64,000 nucleotides of DNA from Okamejei kenojei (Eukaryota), in assembly GCA_035221665.1 (NCBI GenBank), contig CM069135.1, positions 56,172,001 to 56,236,000 on the forward strand, in the 5' to 3' direction. Shown here in pieces: positions 1 to 12,808 of the stretch; position 1 is the first letter of the stretch; the number at the start of each line of letters is the position of its first letter. The translations under genes were made by a program, and so were the position numbers. Under the pieces are notes generated by a model that was not told the origin of the DNA, made no database searches, and saw only the letters and a list, made by a program, of their open reading frames with translations.

Positions 1-485
1 CAGTGTTAAAGGCGGAGCTGAAGTCAATGAACAGCAGCCTGATGTAGGTGTTATTGCTGTCCAGGTGGGTCAGGGCAGAGTGTAGGGCCACCGATATGGC
101 GTCCTCTGTAGACCTGTTGGCCCGGTAGGCAAACTGATGGGGTCCAGTGTGGGGGGGAGGCAGGCTTTGAGATGAGCCATCAACCGCTCGAAGCACTTGG
201 CTATGACAGATGGGGTCCAGTGTGGGGGGCCCGGGGATGCCATCGGGGCCGGCAGCTTTGTGCCCATTCACCTTGCTCAGTGCATCTTGTACAGCAGAGG
301 TGAAGAGACTGAGGGGTTGTTCACGCGGGGGTGGAGCAACTTTGATGGCTGGAGTTTTGTTGTCCCGGTCAAAGCGGGCGTAGAAATGGTTTAGCTCGTC
401 AGGAAGGGAGGCATTGTCTGGGGGGGGGGGGGTGTTGACTTTATGGTAATCGGCAATGGATTTTATTCCTTGCCACATGCGCCTT
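1..485 (-). mobile_element. Rex-Babar (Rex1-like) non-LTR retrotransposon RT fragment, degenerate, runs off the window
   Basis: Minus strand across a frameshift reads KCFERLMAHLKACLPPTLDP..FAYRANRSTEDAI..LHSALTHLD..IRLLFIDFSSAFNT, typical Rex1 RT N-terminal motifs. Confidence 0.85.
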
Positions 486-569
486 TAATACAATAACAAA
501 AAGGTAATCAACCCTGAGAACTAAATGAACTATGATTAGTAAAATAAATGATGCTGAATAAATGAATGG

Positions 570-1460
570 GACTGAAAGCCAAAACAAGCCCGGAGTCTGA
601 TAATTTATATCCCAGGATATTAAAAGTAACCATGAAAAAAAGCATTAGTTTTCAAAATTCTATACATTTATTTAATGGTTCCATTCAATTGGAGAATAGC
701 AAATGTTAAAAAGGGCGAGTAAACAGGAAACTGCAGAACGGTTACCCTAACAATAGTTGAAGGGAAAATGTAAGAATTTATTGTAAAGGATGTGATAACA
801 GGACACCTGGAAAATTTCAATAGGACTAGGCAAAGTCAGAATATATTGTTGAAAGGGAAATTGTGTATTACTGAGTTTTTAATGGATTTAATTGGTGAAA
901 TAATGAAGTGAGAACCAGTGGATGTGGTCAATATGGACTTTCAGAAGGCTTTTGATCGAGTCATCCAGTAAACATCCAAAATTAATGCACATAGGAGTTA
1001 GAGTAATATACATGGTTTGAAAATTGGTCAAGAAATAGAGAGGAGGAATAAATGGATTACTTTTGCGATGGCAGGCAATGATTTGTGGGATACCACAAGG
1101 ATCAATGCTTGGTCCCATTTATTTACAATGTATATCAGCGATTTGGATCTATCTTTGCAGTCAACACAAAACTGTATGGGATTGAGAATTGTGAGCAATT
1201 TGCAAAGCTATGTGAATAAGTATGAACTTACTGAGGATAAAATAGAAAGTATTATTTAACCTGCAAGAAATTGGGAAATGTTGATGTGTAAAACTATTTG
1301 AATGCTCTTTCATGCTCATCACTGAGAGCAAACAAATAAATGCAGCAAGCGATTTAGAAGACAAATGAAATGTTGTCCTTCATTGTAAGAGATTTTAAGT
1401 ACAAGTGCCAAGATGTCTTATCACAATTATGACATTGCTGAAACCACACCTGGAGGCTTA
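570..1460 (+). mobile_element. Old CR1 LINE ORF2 remnant
   Basis: Degenerate CR1 RT motifs, e.g. GTGGATGTGGTCAATATGGACTTTCAGAAGGCTTTTGAT (VDVV.MDFQKAFD) at ~918-956; many stops. Confidence 0.75.
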
Positions 1461-1827
1461 AAATACACTATACTGAACCATTTTTTGAGCACTTGTCCTA
1501 ATAGCTCTTTATATGGCTGGCTCTGTGTCAGACTTTGCTCAGCAATCACTCCTCAGTAAGGTTTCTCTAGTCACTTTATAAATACAAGGTAATGAATGGC
1601 GTTGTAGGTCGGAAGACCTGCAGAAATCTGTTGATAGACCCAGGCACAACAAGGTGCCACAGGAATATCAGCGATGGAAACATGGGGTTGAGAATTTGGA
1701 AGGACTGCACCCACAAATGTTTTCTGCTCAAGTAGTGCAAATGCTCAGATCAACAAATAAATGATTTCTGACTATTCATTTTTTTAAGACAGGGAGAAAT
1801 CAACAAACCAATTTGAAAAAAAGTGGG

Positions 1828-2115
1828 TTTCAGAAAACTAGGTGCCTCTATTTGCATGAAGGGATTTGCAATAACTAGTTATGCACATTTATTTACATTA
1901 TCTCCTTGTGGATTTTCTGCAATGGTAGGATTACCAACCACATATATAATGAAAATGCAGATGAACAGATGCAGATGATTTCAGAAAACTAGGTGCCTCT
2001 ATTTGCATGAAGTTATTTGCAATAACTAGTTATGCACATTTATTTACATTATCTCCTTGTGGATTTTTTGCAATGGTAGGATTACCAACCACATGTATAA
2101 TGAAAATGCAGATGA
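1828..2115. repeat. Tandem duplication, two ~136-bp copies, period 151 bp
   Basis: 1828-1963 and 1979-2114 match except for about 3 substitutions, with a short filler between them. Confidence 0.95.
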
Positions 2116-2118
2116 TAA

Positions 2119-2182
2119 AACAAGAATTTCATTGTCCTATCAGGGACACATGACAATAAACTCTTGAATCTTGAATCTTGAA
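2119..2182 (+). mobile_element. Short LINE 3' end (Rex-type) with (TCTTGAA)n tail
   Basis: CAAGAATTTCATTGTCC...ATGACAATAAA followed by (TCTTGAA)3; related stubs at ~31118 and ~43465 (minus strand). Confidence 0.7.
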
Positions 2183-2824
2183 CCTCATGTGATATTAAAG
2201 TATCAAATGAATGAGATGCTGGTCCAATAATCATCAGCAATATATCAAAAATGTCTCTCTTTTCAAACATTTCATTGATGGTTTAATCACCAAAAATGGT
2301 TAAAATTGAAAAATTACTGGTTAAAAATTTGTGTTGCTGTGCAACAGAATTTAAAGTCATTGAGACCATCAAGTATTATGTATAATTTGTTAACTACGTG
2401 CAGTTGATTTTTGTACAGTGAAGTTATGTTATTATTCATGACCTTTGGATTGTTAGGAGCTGCCACAGCTTGTTCGGATTACATTTCTATCAGATCTCTA
2501 TGTCAAATGCTTAGATAAAGACTACAAACACCCTTCAGGTTTCCTTTATTATTAAATTGAGGTCAGTTGACCTCTGTGAAATATGACATAAAGGATCACA
2601 TTAAAGCATGTCCAGAGATACACCCACAAACAAATTGACCTCTCAACATGTTATTTGACTCTCAAACAGACTTTAACATTATATGATGTTAAGTCAATCA
2701 TTTTCAACATAGCAAAAACAGCATATCTGGACAGTTATAACGGAAGGGTGGCATTTTATACTTTGAATGCATCACAGTTTATCGCAATAATCGTTCCTCA
2801 ATGATAGGTCTTAAAATTACATGT

Positions 2825-3116
2825 AAACATAGAAACATAGAAAATAGGTGCAGGTGTAGGCCATTCGGCCCTTCGAGCCTGCACCGCCATTTAACATGAT
2901 CATGGCTGATCATCCAACTCAGTATCCCGTACCTGCCTTCTCTCCATACCAACTGATCCCTCTAGCCACAAGAACCACATCTAACTCCCTCTTAAATATA
3001 GCCAATGAACTGGCCTCAACTTCCTACTGTGGCAGAGAATTCCAGAGATTCACCACTCCCTGTATGAAAAATGTTTTTCTCATCTCGGTCCTAAAAGACT
3101 TCCCCCTTATCCTTAA
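2825..3116 (-). mobile_element. CR1 LINE 3' end, 5'-truncated
   Basis: (CATAGAAA)n tail followed by ATAGGTGCAGG.GTAGGCCATTCGGCCCTTCGAGCC...ATGATCATGGCTGATC, shared with other copies in the window. Confidence 0.9.
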
Positions 3117-4941
3117 AGGATGTATAAAGGATGTATGTTTTATCTATTACACAGTAACACTGGATGTTCTTCTCTGCTTAAAGGGTTAGTTCCCCAGCTA
3201 TTCAGGAATCCAATGCTGATGTTGTACCCGAGAACCTTTAAACATTTATTTTCCCTCCTGTTTGTAAAATTTATTTTCTTAAGAGTCCCCTCACCCAACT
3301 TGCATCAGCCAGGCAAACAATGTCTCTGTTCCTGTAAAACCATCTTAACAAATGTAATGCGAAGAGGACAGGCTTGGATCACCCCCTAATTGGTTTGAAT
3401 AGACTGGTAATTGGAAGAGGTGTAAAAATGACGAGAACAACAACAAAAAATCACAACATTTCCACAAGGAGAATACATTAAAAATTGTTTCATTAGCTCC
3501 ATTGCTAAACATTTTACATATCTGATACTACACTGATTGGGGTATCTGCATTGTGAAAATATTATTTTATTGGTTTCTAACCTCTGTAGTCTTGAGGGTG
3601 CAAGTCACAAATAAATCAGTTCTACAGTTACTCTTTGATTTACATAAGAATGTTATTCAGGTTTAAAATGTGAAAAGTATAATTTGTCATTTTACAAAAT
3701 TATAAGATTATAAAGGATGATTTGTGTTGTAGTGAAGGTTATATGATACATTTAACAAGTAGCAATCTTGTGACAATGGTATAACTGACTAAATGATTAG
3801 TGGAAGATAATGAAGCCATACTTGGCCCAGTCCTTATCCAAAGGCCATGCAATTGCTGAGCTCTGATCAGAGATTAAAAACTAACAGTTGTTACTTCATT
3901 CACCTTACACCCCTCATCTGAAAATAAGCCTGCTATAAGGGGAGGATGACCCTAACGTACTCACACTAGTTTAAAATGTGATTATCACGGAACTAAATTT
4001 GAACGTAGTTTCGTAGCCTATAGTGATTTCACATTTTTCCAGATTTGACAAAGCTCTCGGGCAATTAGATGTGGCATCAGTTATGTTTGGATTGAGAATG
4101 TTGTAGTGTGTTTAATGTAAAACTCCACTGGTTAAGCAACACTGATTATGAACAAATAGAAGAAAATGGGATTTGTTTTTTGGCGTGCTGCCAGTACTGA
4201 ACTGGAGACAATGGAACCACCAGAAGACATTGGCAACTGATTTTAAAAGTGAATATTAATCATAAATCTAGCTTCACATCTTTAATATCTTATTGTAGTT
4301 ACTCTCTATGTTATTCAGTAAAGCATAAAAGATGAATTTCAAAAATATATAAAAGATTACCAAATTGGAAACATGCAGTGCCACACAACAGTCAGTTTAC
4401 TCATGACTAGGTCTGGACAGATTCTGGAAATAACTGAACATATATTTTGTCTGTACTGAAGAGGAAACATGTGACCATCATTGTAACTTGAAAATCTACA
4501 AGTATACGTAAATGTATTACATTCATTGATTAAAAGCTACAATTGTTATTAAATCAACTATTTGATTAAAGTCAATGGTTTTCCTTTTGACATGACCAAA
4601 ATAATGTTCAGAGGCAAAGGATAACAATGGCTAAAAATTACACCTTGGTTGTAAGATTGATCATTAAATATTAATTTCTGACATTTGTTTCTACAGATTT
4701 GTGCAGAATATTTTTTATGAACAAAATACGGAATACAAAACATAGCCCCCATATTGGTCATTTAGGGCTAATTTTTGAGGACGAGGTTCTTGGTAAAGGA
4801 TTCTGGAATTTCGAATAATTATATCTTTACTGGTCTGAAACAATAGTCCAAAACTGAACAGATGTAAACAAGCTCTTTAAGGCCTAAATCTTAAGCATCC
4901 TTAAAGAACATCCCAAAGTGCCTTACCGCCAAAGGAGTAAC

Positions 4942-5700
4942 CAATCAATCCATCAATCAATCAATCAGATTTATTCAGCACATACACAATAAAGTGCAGT
5001 GAAATGAAATTTTCCAGCAACGGTACAATCAAAAAATAACACACAATACACAATAAAAATTTAACACAAACATCCATCACAGCATTCTTCATTGTGGTAG
5101 AAAGCACAAAGCACAGTCAGTCCTCCTCCATTGTTCCCCCGTGGTCGGGGCCATAAACCTCCGCAGTCGCCGCTGCCGGCGGCCAGATGTACAGGCCCTC
5201 TCGTCAGGATGGTTTAGTCCCGAATCGGCGCTTCACTACTGGAGACTACGGCTTCAGGATGTTGTAGGCCGCAGACCGGCAGTCGCAGCTTCTCCGGGGA
5301 TCCCCTGCGAGGGATCCCGCTCCGGATGGTAAGTCCACACGTGCCCGTGGCTTCAGGATGTTATCGGCCGCGGGCCAGCATTCGGAGCTCTCTCCAGCGA
5401 TCCTTAGCGAGGGGTCCCAGGCTCCGGATGCCGTGCCCTCAGCTAGATGCTCCACAGTCCGCCCGCTGTAACAGTTCGCGGGCCAGTGATCGGAGCACTC
5501 CCTTTTGGCGACCCAAGGCAAGGGTTCGCCCGCCCCTCGATAAAAAGTCCACGCTCCGGGAAAGGCCACACTAATCCATAGCGTTAGGCCTCGAGGGAGG
5601 TGACATGGAAAAAGTCGCCTCTCCGTGGAGGAGGTGACCAAAAGCGGTTCCCCCCTTACCCCCCCTCACCATCCCCCACACAAGACACACCAAGAAATCA
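4942..5700 (-). mobile_element. GC-rich non-autonomous retroelement with LINE-type 3' tail and (ATTG)n terminus
   Basis: (CAAT)n run then TTTATT at ~4942-4975 and a CpG-rich non-coding body; segment GGCCACAC.AATCCA...GTTAGGCC is shared with 44205-44565. Confidence 0.65.
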
Positions 5701-6580
5701 AACTGCTGTTGCAATATAAGAAATACAGCACCCAATTTGAGCCAGCCCATCATAAATCATGTAAATATTCTTGACCTACACGAGAATAATGTTCCCATTT
5801 GAATGTGAAAAACTACATTGTTCTTTCTCCAAAATGATCAGATGATAAATCTGACAAAATTATGAGAAATGTATTAAATATTACATTGACGCATTCCAGT
5901 ACACACCTTATTCTTAAGCCAGATGATTAAATTTAATACTTCTTTTGTGCCACTAAAAGGATCAACACAACAGCATAATTCATTTTTAATTACTACAGTG
6001 TAGGTGTAGTTTTTCTTAGTTTAGAGCAGGTTCCCCAAACCTCAAATTTAAAAAAGCAGTGAAATTAATATTCTGTAATTTTTTGTTACAGCCACATTGT
6101 CTTAATATTGACAAATTGTTTCAGGTACATCAATTGATAAATCACAATGTAAGCAAAGTCAACTGGGACAAAGATGGATATCTTATAAAACTTACCTTAT
6201 TACATCAATATGGCTGATTAGACTTGAAGAAATTGGTGTGAATTTCATGAAAAAGATGGCCCCAGGGTTTACAAAATGCCAGCAATACATATGGTTCAGT
6301 ACCAATAATTTTTACAACTTTAATGTCTAAACAACCAGAGGCCCTGAACAGGTGTTGAGTTGAGAGAATCAAAATAAAACGGGCAAAGAAAAAAGATCCA
6401 AGTTTTGGAGATTTATAATGTTTTGCACTATTTTAATGAGGTAGAGTTGCTTGGTCAATACTTGTTCTGGACATAACAATATACAAAATGTGCACTCATG
6501 TCAGCCACAAAATTTTCTTGGTAAAACTAATTCTGTTTTTTATTCCATTGCGGTGTGTGGGTAGGAAACTGATAACTGGT

Positions 6581-6750
6581 GATAGACACAAAATGCTGGA
6601 GTGATTCAGGCAGTATCTCTGGAGAGAAGGAATGGGTGAGGTTTCGGGTCAAGACCCTCCTTCAGCCTGTACATTCTGTGTCTAAACAAAAATTCCAGCA
6701 TTTTATGTCTATCTGCAGTTTAAACCAGCATCTACAGTTCCTTCCTATAC
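6581..6750. mobile_element. Short Penelope pseudo-LTR-derived inverted element with 14-bp TSD
   Basis: Flanked by direct repeat AACTGATAACTGGT (6567-6580, 6751-6764); arms GATAGACACAAAATGCTGGA / TCCAGCATTTTATGTCTATC; degenerate hammerhead core on the minus strand. Confidence 0.85.
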
Positions 6751-7995
6751 AACTGATAACTGGTAATCTTCACCAGACCCGCCTGAACATTTGCACAAGT
6801 AAATATTAACTGCTTTTATGAAATACTCTCTCTCACTGCAGTGTTCTGAAATAATTCCGGCAGCTTGAGATTTTTGAAGGAAATAAATATAAAGTATTTA
6901 TAAAGATCTTACTGCTCTAAGACCTCCTACAAACTTACTCTATTCTAAACAAAATTGCTAGAATACTGATATAAAAGTGGAAAATGTTGGAATAATACCA
7001 TTTATAATATTGTTAATTGTAGCACTATTTGTGCAGGGAGAAACAGAGTTAACAATTTAGTTTGATGAAGAACATTGGACTTAAATATCCACTCTGTTCC
7101 TCTCATCATGCATGTTGCCTGGCCTGCTGAGTATTTCCAGCATGTTATGTTTTAATTCTAAATGGGATTAAGAAATAATATTTCACTCACTTATGCATGG
7201 ACATAAAGTGAGCACATTTAATAATAACTGCTAGATACATGTTTAAAATGAACTATAAAGTTGAATTTGCAAATTCATATAATGCTTAGCTAACTGGAAC
7301 TCACTTTAAATTTTCTTCCCTGCTTTAACCTTAGGTCTATATTCTCATGATTTCATCACCTCAGTTAAGGTTCCCAGATGATACACTAAAGCAGTTTACA
7401 TAGCATTATTGTGGCTTCTCCAACTCATCTGTAAAGGCAAAGGCCAGTCAATTGGAAGCCCTCTTGTATAAATGTTCTGCAAAATAGCTGAATTGCATCT
7501 GAGCTACGGAGAGAAGAACTTAATCCCCAATAAACATAAAATATACATATTTAAAATTAAAATTAATTAAGAGTTTGAATACTGACAATAAATGTTCTAA
7601 AATGTAAACAATCTCATGGAACTGAACTTGCAACTTCAACACTTTTTTTCAGATTTTTTGGCTGGCACACATGATGACAAGTGTTGGTGAGCACAATCCA
7701 AAACATAATAAAATTGGAAAAGTTTGACAAGTCAGTGATTTTCAGAATGCAGCTACATATCTGACTGCTGTTGTAATGTTGGCATGGAAATGAAATCACA
7801 AGTATGAGACTTACTATTGTCTCACTCCCACTCTGATCTTGGCTTCCAACATTGTTGCAACAATGCTCAAAGCAACCTCAAAAATACTTCTTACTTCAAT
7901 TTCATAATTAACAATCTTTTGGGGTTAACACAAATTCATTATCCCATTTCATTTTAGTAGCAGATGGTGTTCGGCTGTCACCATGAGCACCCCCC

Positions 7996-8167
7996 TCTTC
8001 TCAATAAATCTCTTTTTTTCTTTACTGGACTTTTTAGCAGCTCTCAAGGCTTGCAAAATCTTGCCTTCGGTCAATCTCCCATGAACATTTCCCTCTCAAT
8101 AATTTTTTTTTCTTTACTGGATCGTTTAGCAGCTCTCCAGGCTTGCACATTCTTGCCTTTGGTCAAT
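7996..8167. repeat. Diverged tandem duplication, period ~92 bp
   Basis: TCTCAATAA...TTTACTGGA...TTTAGCAGCTCTC.AGGCTTGCA...TTGCCTT.GGTCAAT occurs twice. Confidence 0.85.
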
Positions 8168-8213
8168 TTACTACTCTAGCTTCATCACATATAATTTACT
8201 TTTTTTCCTTTCG

Positions 8214-8525
8214 TTTAGTTTAGTTTAGAGATTCAGCGCGGAAACAGGCCCTTCGGCCCATCGGGTCCGTGCCGACCAGCGATCCTCACACATTAACACT
8301 ATCCTACACTCACTATGGCCAATTTTTACATTTACCAAGCCAATAAACCTACAAACCTGTGGGAGTGTGGGAGGAAACCGAAGATCACAGAGAAAACCCA
8401 CGCAAGTTATGGGGAGAACGTACAAACTCCGCTCAGACAACACCCTTAGTCGGGATCGAACCCAGGTCTCCGTTGCTGCATTCGCTGTAAGGCAGCAACT
8501 CTACCGCTGCGCCACGTGGCCGCCC
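8214..8525 (-). mobile_element. tRNA-derived V-SINE (HE1-like)
   Basis: Reverse complement has A box (TGGCGCAGCGG), B box (GGTTCGATCC), a V-domain-like core and a (TAAAC)n tail. Confidence 0.9.
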
Positions 8526-11169
8526 TCTTACTCCTTGTGCATCACCCATCACTCAACACGTTGCCCTTCCCCTTATAGTCCTGCACCCCCTAACCATCAA
8601 ACCCCACCACACCAACACCTTATTCTTGGCTCTTTACTCACAAATAAGTTAAAATTTCAAACTTAGTTATTATACTAAACCATTAACTTTTTTATTCTCT
8701 CCATAATCTCTGCTTGAAATTTTCCACCACTTAATGTTTTTATTTCAATTTCCAGCAGCCACAGTTTTAACCCTTCTATCTTTAAATCTGCTTGTTTATA
8801 ATGGCATATTAGAGACTCCATAATTATTTGCCTTTAAATGCAATTCATTTTTTACATCGCTAAGAAAGATTGCTTGTATAAACAATAATTTTAAATACAC
8901 AATATCGTATTTTCTTCAGTTAATTACAAACGGGTCAATAATACGGCTCAGGCTTCTTTTCAACAGTGAATGCACGTGCCATGAAAAGACCTGGCATATA
9001 TTTTTAAACATACTACCATTATAACCTTCTTCGGTGGATAAGCTGTCAATAACTCGAGTGGCAAAGCAGAATGCTTGCATGGCTTGCATCTTATTCCTAC
9101 AATAGTCATCTTAAATTCATTTTCTTAACTTCTTTCAGCAAGCATTTTGGATATGAAATACAGGTAATCAATGCAAACAATACCACGCTACACTCTTTTT
9201 GCTTCAACCGATGGCTCCAAGCCAAACAGTCCATTGAACCAGAATGATGAGCTCCTATTTGAATTTAATTTACTGGTGTCTCTCTACTGGCAGCATGTAG
9301 TAAGGTTGCATATTGCTTGCTCCCTTAACTTTTAACCTTTTTTTACCACTCTTTCAATGTTACTTGATTTGAAGACACGGAATAACTTTTTTTAAACTTG
9401 TTAATACCATTTTATACATTTCAATCGTACAAAGGATGGAGACAAGAGGTAAAAAAGGTTCTCCAAGGAAAGATCGCGGTGAAGGCATGGCGTCTGATCC
9501 CAGTACTTTAGAAGTTAATTTACTATCGTTCTCCTTATCCTTCTACAAAAAGTTAGAACTTGCAGTATGCGGTTCTACAGAATCCTAATCTTCTCGAGAA
9601 ACTTGGTTGAAACCCTGTTGTATGTGTAATTCTAAATCCCGAGGCTCTCTGCTGGTGTAACAGCACAGCTAAACAATATCCTGATCTTTTCTGACATGTA
9701 AAGTTGCATGGAAAGCAAAATAAAGAACTTCGGCCAAACTTCAACTTCCTGACATAGATGGAATGAAACTAATTATACCATCCATATTATGCCCCCCTGG
9801 TAATGTCAGCTAATTCAGCACAGACCAACATTGAAGTTTCAACCTCAATTGCCCATCTACTCCTTCAATAAACTTGGGAAGCAGTCAAATTTTTCCAAAT
9901 CAGATTATCTCACTTTATCAAATGCATTTTTTTAATTCATGGGTCATAGATACTGCTGGTAAAATTCAATATTCCTTGCACAATGTTCATTCTTGATCAT
10001 AATTTCCCTTTAAATGGGTAGCTTGTATAAAAGAGTCGATAATATTGTATGTCTGCAGTCATATCTACAGCAAATCTATCCAGGATGCTTGCACACCCAA
10101 CAAGGTATATTGTCTTGAAATACACTCAATGCATAATACCAGCAGAAGTTAAAGGATTTTGTTTATTAATCCCACTGTAACTATAAATAGTAAACTACTT
10201 AGAATGTGTGTATTATGTCATCATTCTAAGTATCTCATTGGAATGGTGCATTCTTCCAAAATATGTAATGAACAGTTTTATATTTAGGTAACGTTTCACT
10301 ATGTCACCAGGACTTACCTCATTGGACAATAACCACTGTTATGTAATTGTAAAAATAATAGCAATGGATTTGATCAGAACATATTATTATGTTTTAAATA
10401 TGTAGCCCTTTGTCATAATCTGATCTTTTGATCAAGTGTACAAACTCAAAACATCGCACCTTGCATTTATCTTGACATGGATGTTAGGTGGGTTGGAGTT
10501 GAAAACTAAAATAGCCAGGCACAAATACACATGATATGGGCATCCTGTCAAAATGTTGAAGAATAAAAACAAGATAAGTGTCATATCATGAACGCAGCTG
10601 ACTTGAAGGGGTATCAGGAAAAGGTCTTAATGAAATCAAAATATGTTCTACAGTTCCCTTTCAGTAGACTATAAAAATGTGCCCTCATAAATGCAAATTA
10701 TTTTGTGGTAACTCATGAAAATCAAAAAAAGCTAACCTCCGCACTGCGCTCAAGAGCACATCATTGAATGCTAGGTACAAAGCAATGTTGTAGCACACTA
10801 GAAATACAATCATTCTGAACGCAACTCATACTGTGAACATTAATCATTCTTAAAGGTGCAGCTTATATCTGAGGAAGTGGCCTGGCAGAGCAAAAACTTT
10901 ATGAACTGTTTTGCCCAAATCCCATGGGCACATCAATAGATTTAGAACAGGATACATCAAACAGAAGGGAACAGAGAATTCAGGAATTGCAAAAAAAACC
11001 TTGCTACGCATTGGTGCGGCTGCTGTAAATACCATGGAGAATGAAAGCAATGAAAAGGTAGGGGACCCTTGCCCCTGGAGACTTCTCACCAATTCAAATC
11101 ATTTGGCCTTTGTTCTTGCTGCTTTGTCCAGACATTGATTCAAAAGCATACACTCATCTCCAGCAACCT

Positions 11170-12110
11170 TACAAATATATTAGACTGAAAGTCTAATGAG
11201 GTTTATTAAAACAACAAAAACTAAATGTCTTGCCTTATAATCTGAGACTGTGGCTCTCATCCCAGACTCCCCAGCCAGGAGAAACATCCTCTACTTATGC
11301 AGACAGTCTAGCACCATCAGAAATTTGCAACTAAACTCAACAAGGACTTCCTCTCACTCTTCTGAACACTGATAAACATTTTCATCTGGGGCTTTAATCA
11401 AAGGCTTTCTGAAAATCAAGAGCATCTGATCCACTAGAATACAGTCCAAGTTGACCCTTTCTCTCCGCATAGAGCTATGCACCATGTCAAGAGTGGGTCT
11501 GATAAACTGACATGACACACTCATCATGGAAGGTATATCCTGACCATCATATACAACTCCTCCTTGAATACTATCTTTATCATTTGTTAACCATTGCTTT
11601 TCTTTTTTTTTAACACCATGCTGGAATGTACAATATTCTAATTCCTACATTTGTTCTTTAAATGTTTGCTATCGTCTCGCCAGCATTATACTCTTTAATG
11701 ATGATTCCCAATCTACCAGAACCTACTTGCTCCTCATAACTTTGTTTAGTATTAGGAGCCTAGATTAAGTCTCACCTATTTCACTTTCCATTTTAATTAA
11801 GAATTCTATCATGAATACAATCCTAGTTGACCTTTCCCGAATGGGTCACAAGATTACTAAGTAACCTTTTTTATTAGAAAGTGGCCTGCACCTAGTTATC
11901 TACTGATACCTTGGGTCCATAAAGTCATCCCAAACACAATCCTGTAACAATCCTCCATAGTATAATTACTAATTTAGCATGGCCAGTCCACATGTAGATT
12001 GGTCCCATAATTCGTATATTAGTCTTGCTACAAGTATCTTCAATTTTCTATTTGATGCCATCCTCATTAATACGTGCTGTTCAGAAATATGTAAACAACA
12101 TCCACTAAGT
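11170..12110 (-). mobile_element. Old CR1 LINE remnants
   Basis: Degenerate similarity to the CR1 3' segments elsewhere in the window; heavily decayed. Confidence 0.55.
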
Positions 12111-12495
12111 TGGTGCTCTTAGGTTCTACTGTCTTCATTTTCTGAGCTAATACCTTCCCACTATTGCACTAACTTCATCTTTTACTGATAAACCATATTC
12201 TGCTTTGCCTGTCTATCCTAAATCCACTTTGATATTTAAATTTCCATTCTTGATAACCATGTTGCCGTTGTCCCATAATGGCAATCATATTTGTGTATCT
12301 ATACTGATGCAGTTAACTCATTTACTATGCAGTTAAATTGTCCTACCTGCTGATCAAATATTTTGCTTATTTAGATACATCATCTTTTCTTAACAAGTGT
12401 ATCTTTTCTTAACAATTTTTAAAATACCAGATCATATTTTTGGATTATTGGCCCACTTAAATTATTGCCATTTTCATTCGCACAGGAATTATTTT

Positions 12496-12574
12496 CAGCC
12501 ATGATCACATTGAATGGCGGTGCTGGCTCTAAGGGCCGAATGTCCTACTCCTGCACCTATTGTCTACAGTCTAT
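12496..12574 (+). mobile_element. CR1 LINE extreme 3' end
   Basis: CAGCCATGATCACATTGAATGGCGGTGCTGGCTC..GGGCCGAAT..CCTACTCCTGCACCTATTGTCTA. Confidence 0.85.
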
Positions 12575-12626
12575 TTTGCTTGCTGACACGATGTGCCCAT
12601 TTTTATCCCACCCTCAAGTATTCTAT

Positions 12627-12808
12627 GTTTAAGAAGGAACTGCAGATGCTGGAAAATCGAAGGTAGACAAAAATGCTGGAGAAACTCAGTGGGTGAGGCA
12701 GCATCTATGGAGCGTCTTCTGAAGGGTTACGGCCCAAAACGTTGCCTATTTCCTTCGCTCCATAGATGCTGCCTCACCCGTTGTGTTTCGCCAGCATTTT
12801 TGTCTATC
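12627..12808. mobile_element. Short Penelope pseudo-LTR-derived hairpin element with imperfect TSD
   Basis: ~52-bp inverted arms (12662-12714 / 12756-12808) enclosing a hammerhead remnant GAAGGGTTACGGCCCAAAACGTT; flanked by CTCAAG(T/A)ATTCTAT on both sides. Confidence 0.85.

Noticed and set aside
5605-5660. HDV-like ribozyme suggested by minus-strand GGTCACCTCCTCCACGGAGAGGCGACT
   Set aside because: No room for P2 and no P1.1/P4 continuation; reads as a simple hairpin.
7350-7418. Minus-strand exon after CTTTGCCTTTACAG
   Set aside because: Stops in all three frames and a weak donor; unsupported without transcript data.
7850-7865. 16-bp palindrome CATTGTTGCAACAATG
   Set aside because: Isolated with no supporting context; no function can be inferred.
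9360-9542. Minus-strand acceptor plus open frame (KDKENDSKLTSK...) as the next host exon
   Set aside because: No resemblance to DNMT3A exon 4, no convincing donor, and the frame ends in a stop.
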